From the IMG/VR virus record IMGVR_UViG_3300021387_000076: 64,000 nt of DNA; one strand, written 5' to 3'. A model generated the notes under the pieces. That model worked only from the letters and a program-made list of their open reading frames with translations, was not told the DNA's origin and ran no database searches. How positions within the stretch are numbered: position 1 is the first letter of the stretch; each line of letters starts with the position of its first letter. Source of the DNA: a virus (Duplodnaviria; Heunggongvirae; Uroviricota; Caudoviricetes). Position numbers and translations under genes: made by a program. Shown one piece after another: positions 12,001 to 19,635 of the stretch.

Positions 12001-12994
12001 TAACGCAATTCTCAGTGATAAAGATACCTTCCTTAACTTCATGCGCGAAAGCGATGAATATGTCAATGCTTCTGAAACTGAGAAGCAGTCTCTTATTTAC
12101 GAATGGGAGAAACTGTATGACGACTACGTCAAAGCTCGTCTAAATGGGCCAGTAGGTTCTCATAGTGACGAAGGCTATGGTGACTGGTACGGTTCCGAAT
12201 ACACCGGCGCTGATGGCGGTGGCGGTGGAGGCGGAGGATCTGGTGGATCCAGCGGTGGCCCTGGTACTTCAACAAGCAATGAAGATGAATGGCTTTGGTA
12301 TGCTGTTGATCAGCGTGGCAAAGTTATATCTGCTGGATATGCGAAAAAAGAAGATGCTGAAGCAATAGCAAAAAGAGAACAAGGCGGAAGAGTAATGCGG
12401 CTGCATAAATCCAACGCATCGACAGAAGCTAAAGTTAATACTGCTGTATATTCTGTCACAGATCCAATCAAGTCTACAGTCAATTCTGTGGCAAATTCTG
12501 CTATTGGCTCAACAATTGGAAGTATCGCAAAAACAGTAGGCAACGCTACGTCGAATGCATTAAGTGCAATAACAAATTCAATTGGAAAACTTTTTAAACC
12601 TGCAAAAGCTGACACAGGTGCATATACTGGCAATCAGGAAGGTTTAATCTACGTTCATAAAAAAGAACGTATCCTGAATCCTCAGCAGACTGAATCATTC
12701 GAACGTTTGACTCGTGTTGCTGAATCTATGGACAGAACAAATGCTTTTGATGGTATTGTTTCCAAGATGAATGACTGGTCCAGCAATACTGTTGTTCCTA
12801 TCGACATGCCTTCGTTCAGTCCTTCTGACTTTAAGAACTCTACCACTACGACCATTGGTGATATCATCATTACTCTCAATGAAGCCAAGCTCGAGAACGA
12901 TGCTGATTACGAAGCGGTTGCTCAGAGAGTTGGCGAGAAGTTCGTCAAGGAACTTACCAAACAGGGACTTGGTGTTTCTGCTTTTGGCTTCTAA
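1..12994 (+). CDS. Tail tape-measure protein, 5'-truncated by the window edge (at least 4329 aa). It has a TP901-family TMP core domain at about nt 4000-4750, long coiled-coil Ala/Glu/Lys-rich regions and two poly-Gly linkers.
   Basis: Single uninterrupted ORF. The frame is open back to position 2. The stretch AIQLKAPIADVTAAATALYRQG...GTAMQTFMSRFSKIG...ISYAFGGTRQYSNL matches the conserved TP901-family phage tape-measure core. It lies immediately upstream of Dit-like and Tal-like genes. Confidence 0.8.
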   Translation, partial: QMFPQYSYGIRGNISDIELQDLRALRSKAIASVDRKIAERRAKEGLSETAAYFKGPNGENIAKYRSEMLGKYYIDDDPKHPSINVVDNIGDFGFTTRNLENALKEDALHNFYNDPNVYLVGRNQTMMQQMRETKRIAEDAMANSEQEDLQAIEAFDSQPVDNSAAQKANKEANKAETEAVKAEVEAANARKEAAEARKQAAEAQKATEQTAEQAVAKAEKATEQQARHALDYAEYTVTRTMPWMDTDTVDEHGNPAVGLENIYVTKKNGKTEKGNLPVSLAPYTPRGQKKRTMEEGRKEQASNEKYGSSSSGADALIGSSISHVMDQLGPTALTKTIYGEGLHGIEKLAYQGLKEYYTNHEEEMKQLGITFNDADMSAFDPSKTNFSYSGKDAKILDKLNALTPAKLARYFVDDIVHQDRDRNGVLSAKDDARTIISTEGKIYDPIMGNVLNESTMVSGPSGGEKEIGYTLKGIKNSKGEDVVTRFAPDYIVRDGKTGKIVIGDHKSSPHGADKGIIQGSVYAAWLDDLAEEYYKTTDENRKRELDPYKIFGQLNDKGEYESNIVGIETRDFFTGTTDRREYNQEIRRLESERIRKAQEKKYAEAQGNFGKYGLNDIPVVTTAGEEPPAGSNPPSSPNSNPPVNAQAAAADKRREGFFQEYQLLINRYSKLNESFGNFTSGMTGELYKDREGTYADNYFRRSRHSRDNVVSDTNLLKNSFIDLYDRAGWPDTNDLINTLEANKTAAINAYDVGTRAWAQNRSKRLLENAENFSLRKQDPFYKQREEIENQKNNVKEMESTLDNFILSRFEKSEISRDENTGAINGILQDGKIVAIRDAVLNGKENNDTVELMKTRLESLKTASDENIKLINEQIERDVDREIADMQEASDAVTKTHQTSGQQRENYWNKKRRKLSESIEDRIVARDALDKMLEDTETYKEDNPKRKQLERLRDQYNKSIDQESEYLNNGGFDKDSQDDLQALRTSRLNQLRHYFSGTRESPIAQMVSNGMLSLKDLDNNGDILNAGSQFYQGMLGMLDESISGQKARYTNFVDDLSRTGNMSVTERINRSYQSKRMQSLASIKQMQQEAIDLDKMLTTGKDLDGREMFDVNDTSETTQGIKNRIEKYRDFLKDISKQAQDALDKTLPDQESKEIARTLEDVKTQSEIQTDKYQYGANQIQRSEAARRRQLDMHSRGYRSAFGQELEWRRNQYDNAVSREESYSLRRKQLNAERTRLQRQLDDDDANEEKLSSEERSGIEGQLAAATNEYEALGEAIVKARQEQTEFGASGQAVAAALTVIGGAVSKVAKQFGTRIWHMAMQETMQFVKSYDAAMTEIQMVTLKTDTQISNIGKGLIDSAIQLKAPIADVTAAATALYRQGLGDEDVQTRLQDVIKFSTTAGVKAADAVKLITVSLNSGLVSSSQEAMDVISALGDSAATTAAEITKGLQKSVYAAKDVGVSYNELVSMLTAITAGTQLGGNIAGTAMQTFMSRFSKIGTNELVYDENGNQMSGSALASVLQSVGIKTYEGGERRRFTDVLSELAGQWDSLSDARKSQISYAFGGTRQYSNLNALLTAFGEVDENGQTAIEKYLGIAKGSEGMTDAKYQSYTESLAASINTLKNSFDGLVESLTNTNVLTGFIDFISNAITGITELNTALSGVPAILVAIGAALTVLTSSNPILLGIAAAIAGVAAVGNIAHNIATSSKVNSDPLHNLNSSKSSIEKDNAARVSQVKENLGIARQLNKKRLSGQELSQDESSRLVESLSKLQNLGVDSIKASTDINALAASAQATAKALDGVTTAATALSDRQVKELLNAFLTDVDNNKERFQEDKDKISLSDEERETARNAIDKAKNKQYGSALEFYEDIIPVLNAMDLSGLDRITVNRKTNTPSKFSPQELAGVLYTAYSNTQEDLEDLGIDDFNISEYSQLMDVIESVLSNGDSLNRLKNTFMFGESNRAGITELVKQSLAGTAHQDITDAIIESIIADANQAENFDFLNGDVRGYASLYAARNKKNVVTNRSKNGNLLGSAASALVLSGDLTGSFDSLYEWLGSRRGKAKNDVLIRALNRQLQLGAEGSFPMLESMLQDPDFAKALLRFGTLNEDGTYTFNEYDETDENNNGIPDVEETGKVNGVSDEDLDYLMRIIASKGKKYKLASYRSNADILSSAQNAITSLGQGTKWKDLTDDALQDVAAVLGEEYYSKLANGQTLDDALLNNLYSRYLNNVSSYSQTGYAKLGQNLLSSIGTSGYTLKGWQDENNLTQADMDSIFQLYDGLKEVASMTDAELEAGGYNPEEIKKGAEKTLNLITTLANIGESDWSDMSKNAITKFNGTYAEQLSEYSDLISQNDRFNEAKKAIERVKEGEWLETDLSTLQSLTGIKIDFKNVDTAIDDVESVYNTLVTNFSNGLNETLMNVVSEETISDIKIEKPTLNTSELVGYLGNSVEEWVKRAIEDLGIAMQNGEFVYDVENLNQVTATTVAGIMSGYNNNQTSKNINILSGIRNALKDEGNTSLDEELSGFSADDLMEWFKNNPVASELANRVGSEYSGFYSRLIDGMINPQENKGVAYNQDLLRHYIDRMNKGQSFDIVNDAVDKFIYDELTSAYGADFTNMFRNGYNETIANNLLTGVSSFRTRQQAVDNVRTIVSDIIGGRKDFASLSENSTDLNDLNAIIPENIRGGLFGEGSVYTAENRDAILERLYSQYLTGQGMNNYDIANYAKTMLDDYENIRTNGLQQWGIDNGLLDSEIDTILNAYQGLREFVTGPASNINDAITKRALTSQMLSNMVSESDYSDLTKAYISSLNGSESEKDALLAERQVEMETYDEVDEAIKRIESGNYSDTDLATVNKLSPYALTMDNVGSYLGLAKSSITRTRTNKQSALIEALNTLYPNANVTDETILNNLKALGIKIVDGKFVTDEAIQNPSISSLSSRSSAQYNKEAVDRNSILSQISTLVNQSFFKEDYEGSLFDLLPDNSQFRDFFKNQQANGLINELLVAANNKTIDQGQFNNLFEGFINPNGKKSADYYASAFKYYRDQIANQETVLEGSFNDYIVDMLTGTFGETFTKGRTDSKLTAEDTFFDMYLEIAKKRMDKYSNKTAYSKAMSLLDSYANAPETLLQSDIEDLTRPIARAKEEFNNYDARQNTSAIASVLGWSQDTVKEKMQTDKGRAEVEEAIKKTEETTTEAITMLIDTLRSSIASAFNVSGDSVEEVDGKIAEVAGEIGQLFSQLVEKYGHLVITPEADQTYSELYDNFINSRNTGSQRDIFGFAKRMKENGQTFSNVTATAGTNEDAYIRALLGDKAYMNMFEANQRNILSDSAFDTYLSNRQNGTDNQYSVYSNILDNLLGGGVEGGFLGSLENGTISADTITNTLSAPDNTWIRDYIESLNGGKEALEDISKGGENAKNGIDQLAAAMRNAGASAASDYRNDLTEMTNILNNLKKGGQDAGKAMGQLSKKLYDAYDNVLASNRIRGKSGKQVDKTTRGIVGEFLGISDDKQIQKMTKKQMDHVADLMESSGKDAIDNGFVNSFEEELKNALNALQPGSEQYKLVNSILLKAVADGEVDTSELDAVIAALQNDVLSSMNAAIGPIGTLMLSIFAAGNSITAALTGGAQLGTALLSGAKANVNLNTGNKAKYQSHGGGGGGGGGKSESAAEKLVNRVKKGSELYNHQLKMIQYQETKHQNAGELTMYGNELQREIDLEKAYQPALQENIKALKSQLNSVSKGSEDWYKLREALFSAEEQYDDITNTIEENERKLKENREAIRQTRTALEDLLTSQIEERIKKQRDMLAGTVDMQSIILDAIRQRYQDEWDLIKKDIEKKKQALEQEKSLIDERLNLRKNAADEAKKYEELAELKSQLARVSMDSTRTKDAAALREQIAKIEEEIGWDIADQQAESEKQQIDDQIKGYDEFVAQGDEDLSKFLEDTNNFAQEITTVLGMSHDELFAWLKNNVTDFKNSLDEVQQQMIDSWEDTYKQMFGITDTYWEQVNAILSDKDTFLNFMRESDEYVNASETEKQSLIYEWEKLYDDYVKARLNGPVGSHSDEGYGDWYGSEYTGADGGGGGGGGSGGSSGGPGTSTSNEDEWLWYAVDQRGKVISAGYAKKEDAEAIAKREQGGRVMRLHKSNASTEAKVNTAVYSVTDPIKSTVNSVANSAIGSTIGSIAKTVGNATSNALSAITNSIGKLFKPAKADTGAYTGNQEGLIYVHKKERILNPQQTESFERLTRVAESMDRTNAFDGIVSKMNDWSSNTVVPIDMPSFSPSDFKNSTTTTIGDIIITLNEAKLENDADYEAVAQRVGEKFVKELTKQGLGVSAFGF

Positions 12995-13003
12995 TACTTT
13001 TAC

Positions 13004-13040
13004 GCGACGCGGGCTTTTACCGGCCCGCGTCGCTTCTTTA
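13004..13040 (+). terminator. GC-rich hairpin (11 bp stem GCGACGCGGGC/GCCCGCGTCGC) followed by TTCTTTA, between the tape-measure and Dit genes. Candidate partial terminator or attenuator.
   Basis: Perfect inverted repeat read directly from the sequence, with a T-rich tract 3' of it. Confidence 0.4.
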
Positions 13041-13053
13041 AGGCGGTGACTTT

Positions 13054-14124
13054 ATGCAAGGTGGCTTTAGCTTTTGCGGTGTTGATATTGCAGAGTTTGG
13101 CATGGAATATGTGCCGCCATTGCAGTCAACTTACGTATTTGGAAATGGTGGCTATCAGATAAACGAACAATTATATGAAGGCCATCATGGCGGCTATTTC
13201 TATGGAGCTACAGTGCCGCCAAAACAATTTACATTGCGATGTATGTTTGAAGACAGTGAAATAATTCGAGGCAATATCACACGCCTCGAAGGCTTTTTTT
13301 ATGTCGGCAGAACAGGCAGGCTTGTCTTCAACAACAGAGACTGGCTGTATTACACAGCAACCGTAGTTTCTGTATCGCCTCCTGAACTTACGAACAGAAA
13401 GAATGGTTTCATCACAATAGGGTTAAAGGCATATTACCCATTCGGCAGATGTGAGAAATTATATCTGACTGATGACGGTCTGTATGATTACTGGCTTGCG
13501 GATAACAGCGGCATGATGGAAGAGGAATATACCCCTGTGATGTCGTTTGCTGATGTTGATGAAAGTAAAAACATTCTTCTGTATAACGGCGGCACAGCGC
13601 CAGCTGAAGTGGCTGTCGCTGTTGCCGGCGATGCCGGTGAAGGAGTAACAATAAAGAACAACTCAAATAAAACAGAAATGAAACTTGTGGTATTCGATAA
13701 AGCCGGCACGACTGACGCTGGCAAATATGTTTTATGTGACAGTTTGAATCATAAGACAATTCTTACTGACGGAACCGATGACAGCAAACTTTATTTTGTT
13801 GCTCACGATCATGGCTTCCTCAGGCTTGAACCGTCATGTCCTATCAGGCGCGACGTATATGTTGATACCACACTTAATTCAAAAGAAGTGTACGGCTTCA
13901 ACCTTTTTAATGAAGGTATGATAGGTCACTATATTTATCTCGAAGGCTCATGGCAGAAGATAGTTGGACTGAAAGACAACAGCACAGCCATTCTTGAAAA
14001 GCCGATGCAGCTTACGAATTATTGCATGACAAACATTGTCAGAATGAATGAGATAAGTATTGAGCTTGGCGTAGGATGTAAACTAGACAAGCTTGACTTT
14101 ATATATAAGCCTACGTTTATCTAA
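13054..14124 (+). CDS. Distal tail protein (Dit)-like / phage tail family protein
   Basis: 356 aa ORF with RBS AAGGCGGTGA. Position directly after the tape-measure gene and before the Tal-like gene is typical for siphovirus Dit. Function assigned mainly by synteny. Confidence 0.5.
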   Translation: MQGGFSFCGVDIAEFGMEYVPPLQSTYVFGNGGYQINEQLYEGHHGGYFYGATVPPKQFTLRCMFEDSEIIRGNITRLEGFFYVGRTGRLVFNNRDWLYYTATVVSVSPPELTNRKNGFITIGLKAYYPFGRCEKLYLTDDGLYDYWLADNSGMMEEEYTPVMSFADVDESKNILLYNGGTAPAEVAVAVAGDAGEGVTIKNNSNKTEMKLVVFDKAGTTDAGKYVLCDSLNHKTILTDGTDDSKLYFVAHDHGFLRLEPSCPIRRDVYVDTTLNSKEVYGFNLFNEGMIGHYIYLEGSWQKIVGLKDNSTAILEKPMQLTNYCMTNIVRMNEISIELGVGCKLDKLDFIYKPTFI

Positions 14125-14136
14125 GGAAGTGACGTT

Positions 14137-17100
14137 ATGGCTGACAACAGAGTATTACATTTAGACTTATATGATTACTCGGGCAATAAAATATGTCCGA
14201 TATACGATAACTATACACCGGTGCTCGGAGAAGCTGTTAACGTTTACATTCAGGATGAACGGAACGGATGGAGAGAACTGTACTTCGATATGCCAACTGT
14301 TATCCAGAGCGAAGAAGGTAACCTTGAGAACTTCAGGATAGACCTTCTGAAGGCTGAATACCTTATCGAGGCTACAGAAACAAAAGGCAAGGACTGGTTC
14401 TTTATTTCCGAACCAAAGATAGTACATAATGCCTTCAACAAATCCTTGTCAATTACTGCTCCTCATGTATCACAGTGGCTTAAATACAAGAACCTTGGAA
14501 TGGAATTCTCAGACAACGAAGGCAATAACATCGGCACAGCAGAAGAACTTCTTCGTACCATACTCGAAGGAACAGGCTGGAAAGTTGGCAATGTATATCC
14601 GTTTGCAGAAAAGGATGGCTCAACTAAATACAGATCATTGAAGGCTTCCGCAAAAACGGGAGCCTTCAAGCTTATCACTTCGATGTGTGAACTGTTCGAT
14701 GCCCGCCCTGTATTTCATGGAGATACAAGAGAAATAGACATCGTTCCTCTTAACCCATTCTCTGAAGTGGCGCCGGGTGAAGTTCCAGCATATGCCAAAG
14801 AGAATGGAGTTATTGAACTTAACTACGGTTCTTCTTTAAAGAATGTTACCCGTGTCATCAATACAGACAACATAGTTACAAAGCTTTATGCTTACGGTGC
14901 ATACGGCGACAAGACATATGGATATTGTGCAATTGATGAATGTGTACACACTGAGTATGTTTTTACTACGAATCAGAGACTTGAATCAGGACATGAGTAT
15001 TTCTTCGAGGTTAATGATACATCCGGTACTTTAACAAGTTTTTCATTCACAGTTACAGAAGATCTGGAAGCTGGAGAGACTCTTATTTACTCGTTGCTTG
15101 ATCCGTGCTCAATGAGCTACATCTGGAGAGAACCAAACGGAAAAGCTTACTTTGTCAAACAGGGCAAGCGAGGCGAGCAGTTGGACGCTTCGATTGAAAC
15201 CAAAGAAGAAGTTCCTAATTGGTTTGGTTTTCTGCTTGACTTCAACTACTATATTACCATTGGCTTGTTTGACGACGAGATGCTCCAGCAGGTGGCAAGG
15301 TATCAGCGTGAAGCCCCGGCTCTGTATGAAAGAATATCTCAGGCCTCTCTTGCAATGTCTGAGGCTGTTACCGAACTGAGCAAAACGGCAGGTGTTTTTC
15401 CTTACTGTAAGCTTGCAGTAAAAGAAAAGCTTGACGGTTTTGCTGACGGTTATTTGACTCTTAGGCTTGACTATGAGAATTATGACCAGGGTGTTATCTA
15501 TCGTACAGATTACGACAGCACAAAGGATACCTATTTTAAATGGGTCGTAACAGATGAAGTTGACCCAAAAGGTGACCCAATTAATACAGGCTGTTCGAGG
15601 CTTTACATTATGCATCCCGCTGATGCAAGTAAACCTATAACGTGGGATGTGTTGTGCCTCAAGAAGGTCTATGATGATCTCGTCAACCCAAAAGCTATTA
15701 CGCTGTGGGCAAACGAGAACGATATAAAGATAGACTTTGAAAAGGATCAATTCTTCCTGCTGCAGAGTCTCAGTACTGCAGGCTATCTCGGTTATCTTGA
15801 ATCAAGGGATGAAGCGGCAGTCGAGTCACTCGACGACGCTACGACAATAGCTACAAATACACACAAGGTTATTTTCATTGATGAAGATCCTCATTACGTT
15901 CAGACACCCGGAGGACAGACACCTTTCCCGGGTATAGATGTGCAGACATATGACTGGATGAAAGTAAATTCATATGGCTGGCTATGGAGGTATTATCCTG
16001 TAGAGCGTGACGGAGCTTTTACCGAATCTGACTTCTACTTCTGCAATAAAGCTTACGACACTGAAGATGGAAAAGTATCATGGAAGCGTGTGGCTTTCAC
16101 CGACAAGATGCCAACTGATGCCCGTGCCGATTACTGGTATAACTGGAGAACGAATACGCTGTCCAGAAGCAATGGAACTGTATGGAATTCACTTGACTCA
16201 TACACAGATGAAAACATTGCCAGTTACTTTGGCACTGTATATTACTTCGGAAAGATAAGAGACATGCTTTATCAGGGTGTAAAGAGAAAACAGATATACA
16301 CTCTTGGCGATGACTCTTCTCTGACTGAAAAAGTTATTCCTGCAGGCAACTATTATTTCGAGAATGGCTATGGCAGCTTCTGGGCTTTTACTCTCAATGA
16401 ACCTGTTGAAGGATCCAATTCTTCAATAACATATGACGTCTATAACAACTGGATTACAGTGAGACGCAACGGAGTGGACGAGTCCATCAAAGGAAAAACA
16501 TATCGTTTTGACGGAGTCAAGTATCACCCAAGTGATATCATCACTGTAAGGAATGCAACGCCTGGACTTATAGACATAACAAACGGAAACGTATATGACG
16601 AATACGACGCAAGCGTATACACGAACTGTAAATACAATGACGTATATCTTCCCGTACTGCCAGACACAACATATCAGTTTTCCAAGCTTGTCTATAATAC
16701 TTATATCCTTTATTACAACGACAAGAAACGGTGGATATCTTCCGGACCGGCATCATCCACCTACTTCACCACACCTGCAAACTGTTTTTATATCAGGCTC
16801 TTGGGTTACGGCTTGAGCGGCGCTGCCAACACTTCTTCTCTTATCGATGAGTTCGAAGAAGGATACAGCGGCGAAAGAACGACAATTTCTGTAACCCAGC
16901 CTTTTGGATCTGAACTTATAGGCACATGTGACAACACAATTATCTTGAGTGACATGACGTATCTCAAGCTGAACGTCACCTCAACTGACGGAGAAACAAT
17001 TGGTCTGCTTGCGTGCATGCAGAAGTTTGTCGATGACTCCAACTATATCTATACAGATCTCTATGCGAATCTGAAGTCTGCACAGGATGCCGTAAAAGAA

Positions 17101-19101
17101 CTTGAAAATGCGCTGACTGATAAATGCGGTGACATTTACAGGGAAGGTTACTGGCAGGATTCCAGCTACGTAGACGGCGACGAGAAGAAACTTTACGAAG
17201 ACGCCTGGGAGAACCTTGAAGAAATATCCAAGCCTGAGACGACATATAATATTTCTTTCCTTGACCTGTATACTTCGAATGACGAGAACAAAGATTTCGG
17301 AAATACAGAACAGTCTGCAGCCATATCTTGGCCTAACATAGACATCTCTTCTGCGGTTCATTTAATAGACCAAGAGCTTGACATTAACTGCTGGGCCTAT
17401 GTAGACAAAATAAAGAAGTGTTATGACAAGCCGTGGCTCACCACTCTTGCAATCAACACGAAGCTTTCCACAATTGGTCAGCATACCTTTACGGATGTTA
17501 TGACGCATATAGCCGATGTTGCAAGCGAGATGAAAGGGAAGGCTTCCAAGTATGATAACGCAGCAAACAAAGCAATTGCCGCGCTGAACATGAACCTGAC
17601 AGGAGCAAACGTCTCTATAACTGAACAGGCTCTGACTTCTGTCTACAACAAGATGGATGTTATAGACAACAAGCTTATCTCACATGAGTCAAGTATTACA
17701 CAGACGGCTGAAGAGATAACCACAGAAGTAGCGAGGTCTATTGAATCTGACAGACAGTTGACTACCAGAATCAAGCAGACAGCAGACAGTATTCGTACTG
17801 ATCTCTTTGGCAAGAATGGATCCGGTAACATCATCCAGAATGCAGATGAATTCTCTTCTACGTATCAGAATAACTATACTGCAGCAATCGAAACGAAGCA
17901 GCAGATAGCAAGGGCTCACACCATAAATGAAAACAGACCAGACGGTGTTAACTTTGCAAGCGAAGAAGAACGCACAGAACTTGTTAACCTGATCACAGCT
18001 CTGCAGAATAAAGGATATATCAACAGCACTTACAACCCTGAGACGCTTGTCAATGACAAGACGGGTATTACTTATGTTCTCAATCAGATACCTGAATTAA
18101 AAGAAGACAACTTAATGTCGAACCTGAAACAAACAATGTACGGCCTGTACCTCAGCATTTATGGCACTGACAGCAACGGTCATGTCATAACAAGTGCTGA
18201 CGAGTTCAGGTCTGTTTTTGCGTCTGCCGACGCACAGAAACAGACCGAGATGACACAGACCATGTATGGCATAACGAACATCGTTGAATCTAAAGACGGC
18301 AAGTCTTTGATCACTCAAGATGATCGTTCTATTATGGCACAGGTTCGCAGTGCCAATGCTGATCCCAATGGCGGCAACGCATTCAATACGAGCAGCATTA
18401 ATATCACTGATGACAACATCCATGTATCAAGCACTGGTTCTATCAATATCGATGCCGGTGGTAAGTTTACAGTAGACTCTGATAACTTTGACGTCGACGA
18501 GAACGGTATCATGACGACAAACGAAGCTGTTCTCACAAACGCTACGGTCGTCGGAAATATTTACAAGAACGGTTATCCGGTGCTTGCAATAGGTGATGAC
18601 ATTATCGTGTCGACTACAGAGCCTGCTGGCGTGGCTGGACGTATATGGATTAAACCTGGTACAGGTGAAGGCGGCGGTTCTTCAACGCCTGGATCTACAG
18701 GTACTGTGACATACACAGGATCCTACGCATTCAGTATCAGGTCTTATGAAAACCTGCATAACTTCTCTACTTCTCTTACAGGAAATGGCTTTGCTTCCAG
18801 TTCTACTAACTGTACATACAGAATACAGTTTAATTTCTTTATGCCTTCTTCTGAGGGAAAACAGAAGCCTGGTGGAGGCAAGATCAGAGTTGTGCTTGGC
18901 AATTATCTTGCCGCAGAAACTGGGCTTTATACAGGATCAGGTAACAAGAGTGTTGATATTACTTTCAGTGCAGAGACATGGCTTGGCAATTCAAATTCTC
19001 TTTCTTTTACCATTCAGGTTATCGGTGTGTCTGGATACAATGGCACATATTTGAACAATGCTTCTTCTTCGAGCATTACTGTTACATGTACAGCTAACTA
19101 A
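14137..19101 (+). CDS. Tail-associated lysin / prophage tail endopeptidase (Tal)-like protein with a long fiber/receptor-binding extension (1654 aa)
   Basis: RBS AAGGAAGTGA. N-terminal MADNRVLHLDLYDYSGNKICPIYDNY... resembles the siphovirus Tal/prophage-tail N-domain. Size and position after Dit fit Tal. The C-terminus is beta-rich and lectin-like. Confidence 0.55.
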   Translation: MADNRVLHLDLYDYSGNKICPIYDNYTPVLGEAVNVYIQDERNGWRELYFDMPTVIQSEEGNLENFRIDLLKAEYLIEATETKGKDWFFISEPKIVHNAFNKSLSITAPHVSQWLKYKNLGMEFSDNEGNNIGTAEELLRTILEGTGWKVGNVYPFAEKDGSTKYRSLKASAKTGAFKLITSMCELFDARPVFHGDTREIDIVPLNPFSEVAPGEVPAYAKENGVIELNYGSSLKNVTRVINTDNIVTKLYAYGAYGDKTYGYCAIDECVHTEYVFTTNQRLESGHEYFFEVNDTSGTLTSFSFTVTEDLEAGETLIYSLLDPCSMSYIWREPNGKAYFVKQGKRGEQLDASIETKEEVPNWFGFLLDFNYYITIGLFDDEMLQQVARYQREAPALYERISQASLAMSEAVTELSKTAGVFPYCKLAVKEKLDGFADGYLTLRLDYENYDQGVIYRTDYDSTKDTYFKWVVTDEVDPKGDPINTGCSRLYIMHPADASKPITWDVLCLKKVYDDLVNPKAITLWANENDIKIDFEKDQFFLLQSLSTAGYLGYLESRDEAAVESLDDATTIATNTHKVIFIDEDPHYVQTPGGQTPFPGIDVQTYDWMKVNSYGWLWRYYPVERDGAFTESDFYFCNKAYDTEDGKVSWKRVAFTDKMPTDARADYWYNWRTNTLSRSNGTVWNSLDSYTDENIASYFGTVYYFGKIRDMLYQGVKRKQIYTLGDDSSLTEKVIPAGNYYFENGYGSFWAFTLNEPVEGSNSSITYDVYNNWITVRRNGVDESIKGKTYRFDGVKYHPSDIITVRNATPGLIDITNGNVYDEYDASVYTNCKYNDVYLPVLPDTTYQFSKLVYNTYILYYNDKKRWISSGPASSTYFTTPANCFYIRLLGYGLSGAANTSSLIDEFEEGYSGERTTISVTQPFGSELIGTCDNTIILSDMTYLKLNVTSTDGETIGLLACMQKFVDDSNYIYTDLYANLKSAQDAVKELENALTDKCGDIYREGYWQDSSYVDGDEKKLYEDAWENLEEISKPETTYNISFLDLYTSNDENKDFGNTEQSAAISWPNIDISSAVHLIDQELDINCWAYVDKIKKCYDKPWLTTLAINTKLSTIGQHTFTDVMTHIADVASEMKGKASKYDNAANKAIAALNMNLTGANVSITEQALTSVYNKMDVIDNKLISHESSITQTAEEITTEVARSIESDRQLTTRIKQTADSIRTDLFGKNGSGNIIQNADEFSSTYQNNYTAAIETKQQIARAHTINENRPDGVNFASEEERTELVNLITALQNKGYINSTYNPETLVNDKTGITYVLNQIPELKEDNLMSNLKQTMYGLYLSIYGTDSNGHVITSADEFRSVFASADAQKQTEMTQTMYGITNIVESKDGKSLITQDDRSIMAQVRSANADPNGGNAFNTSSINITDDNIHVSSTGSINIDAGGKFTVDSDNFDVDENGIMTTNEAVLTNATVVGNIYKNGYPVLAIGDDIIVSTTEPAGVAGRIWIKPGTGEGGGSSTPGSTGTVTYTGSYAFSIRSYENLHNFSTSLTGNGFASSSTNCTYRIQFNFFMPSSEGKQKPGGGKIRVVLGNYLAAETGLYTGSGNKSVDITFSAETWLGNSNSLSFTIQVIGVSGYNGTYLNNASSSSITVTCTAN

Positions 19102-19104
19102 GGA

Positions 19105-19536
19105 GTGTTTGTAATGAACATTTATGAAATAATTTTTGTCAGCATTATTGCTGTTCTCTTTGCTGTTTTCCTGATTGATATCTTCACGAAGCATGCTATC
19201 ACGAGGAAGATCTTCCAGTGGAAACCTGCACTTGCAGCGGCTACTGCGCTGGCAAGTGCGGTTGCAAAGGTGCTTCCGTCTTCCAAGTTTGCAATAGTTG
19301 CTACCGTGCTTCAGGCCGCAAGCGATGCAACGCAGCGGGCCGAAGCACTCTATATTGATGCTATGCTCGATAAGGAAGACCGCAATGCGTATGCAAAGGA
19401 TCTTATTAAGATAGCTTTGGAAAATGCACACATTGACATGACTCCTCAGATTCAGGAAGTTGTCAACGGCTGTATCGCAGTTATATGTATGCTTATGCCG
19501 CATGATGTAGTGGTCAATGAGATGACAAACGAATAA
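19105..19536 (+). CDS. Small membrane protein (143 aa, N-terminal transmembrane helix). Function unknown.
   Basis: RBS AAGGAGTG. Hydrophobic N-terminus IIFVSIIAVLFAVFLIDIF. Confidence 0.4.
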   Translation: MFVMNIYEIIFVSIIAVLFAVFLIDIFTKHAITRKIFQWKPALAAATALASAVAKVLPSSKFAIVATVLQAASDATQRAEALYIDAMLDKEDRNAYAKDLIKIALENAHIDMTPQIQEVVNGCIAVICMLMPHDVVVNEMTNE

Positions 19537-19587
19537 AACGCACTTTGTCAACATGGCAAAATATTGACAATACGCACGAATAAAAAA

Positions 19588-19618
19588 GGGGCCTGTCTTT
19601 TTTCGGACAGGCCCCTTT
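19588..19618 (+). terminator. Rho-independent terminator (GGGGCCTGTC...GACAGGCCCC plus TTTAATT), bidirectional in form
   Basis: 10 bp perfect GC-rich stem with A-run upstream and T-run downstream. Lies between the structural block and the integrase. Confidence 0.6.
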
Positions 19619-19635
19619 AATTATAGGAGATAAAT

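Noticed and set aside
20-12888. Minus-strand ORFs inside the tape-measure gene, and the many plus-strand ORFs inside minus-strand genes between 21 and 63 kb (for example 6318-6659, 42895-43095, 45063-45393, 53395-53874)
   Set aside because: They lie entirely within long, well-supported genes on the opposite strand, lack RBSs, and their low-complexity translations mirror the repeats of the true gene. Treated as six-frame artefacts.
19105-19536. Holin call for the 143 aa membrane protein after the Tal gene
   Set aside because: The bona fide lysis cassette (endolysin plus two small membrane proteins) is on the minus strand at 41.9-43.9 kb. This ORF has a single N-terminal helix and a long soluble domain, so it is left as an unknown membrane protein.
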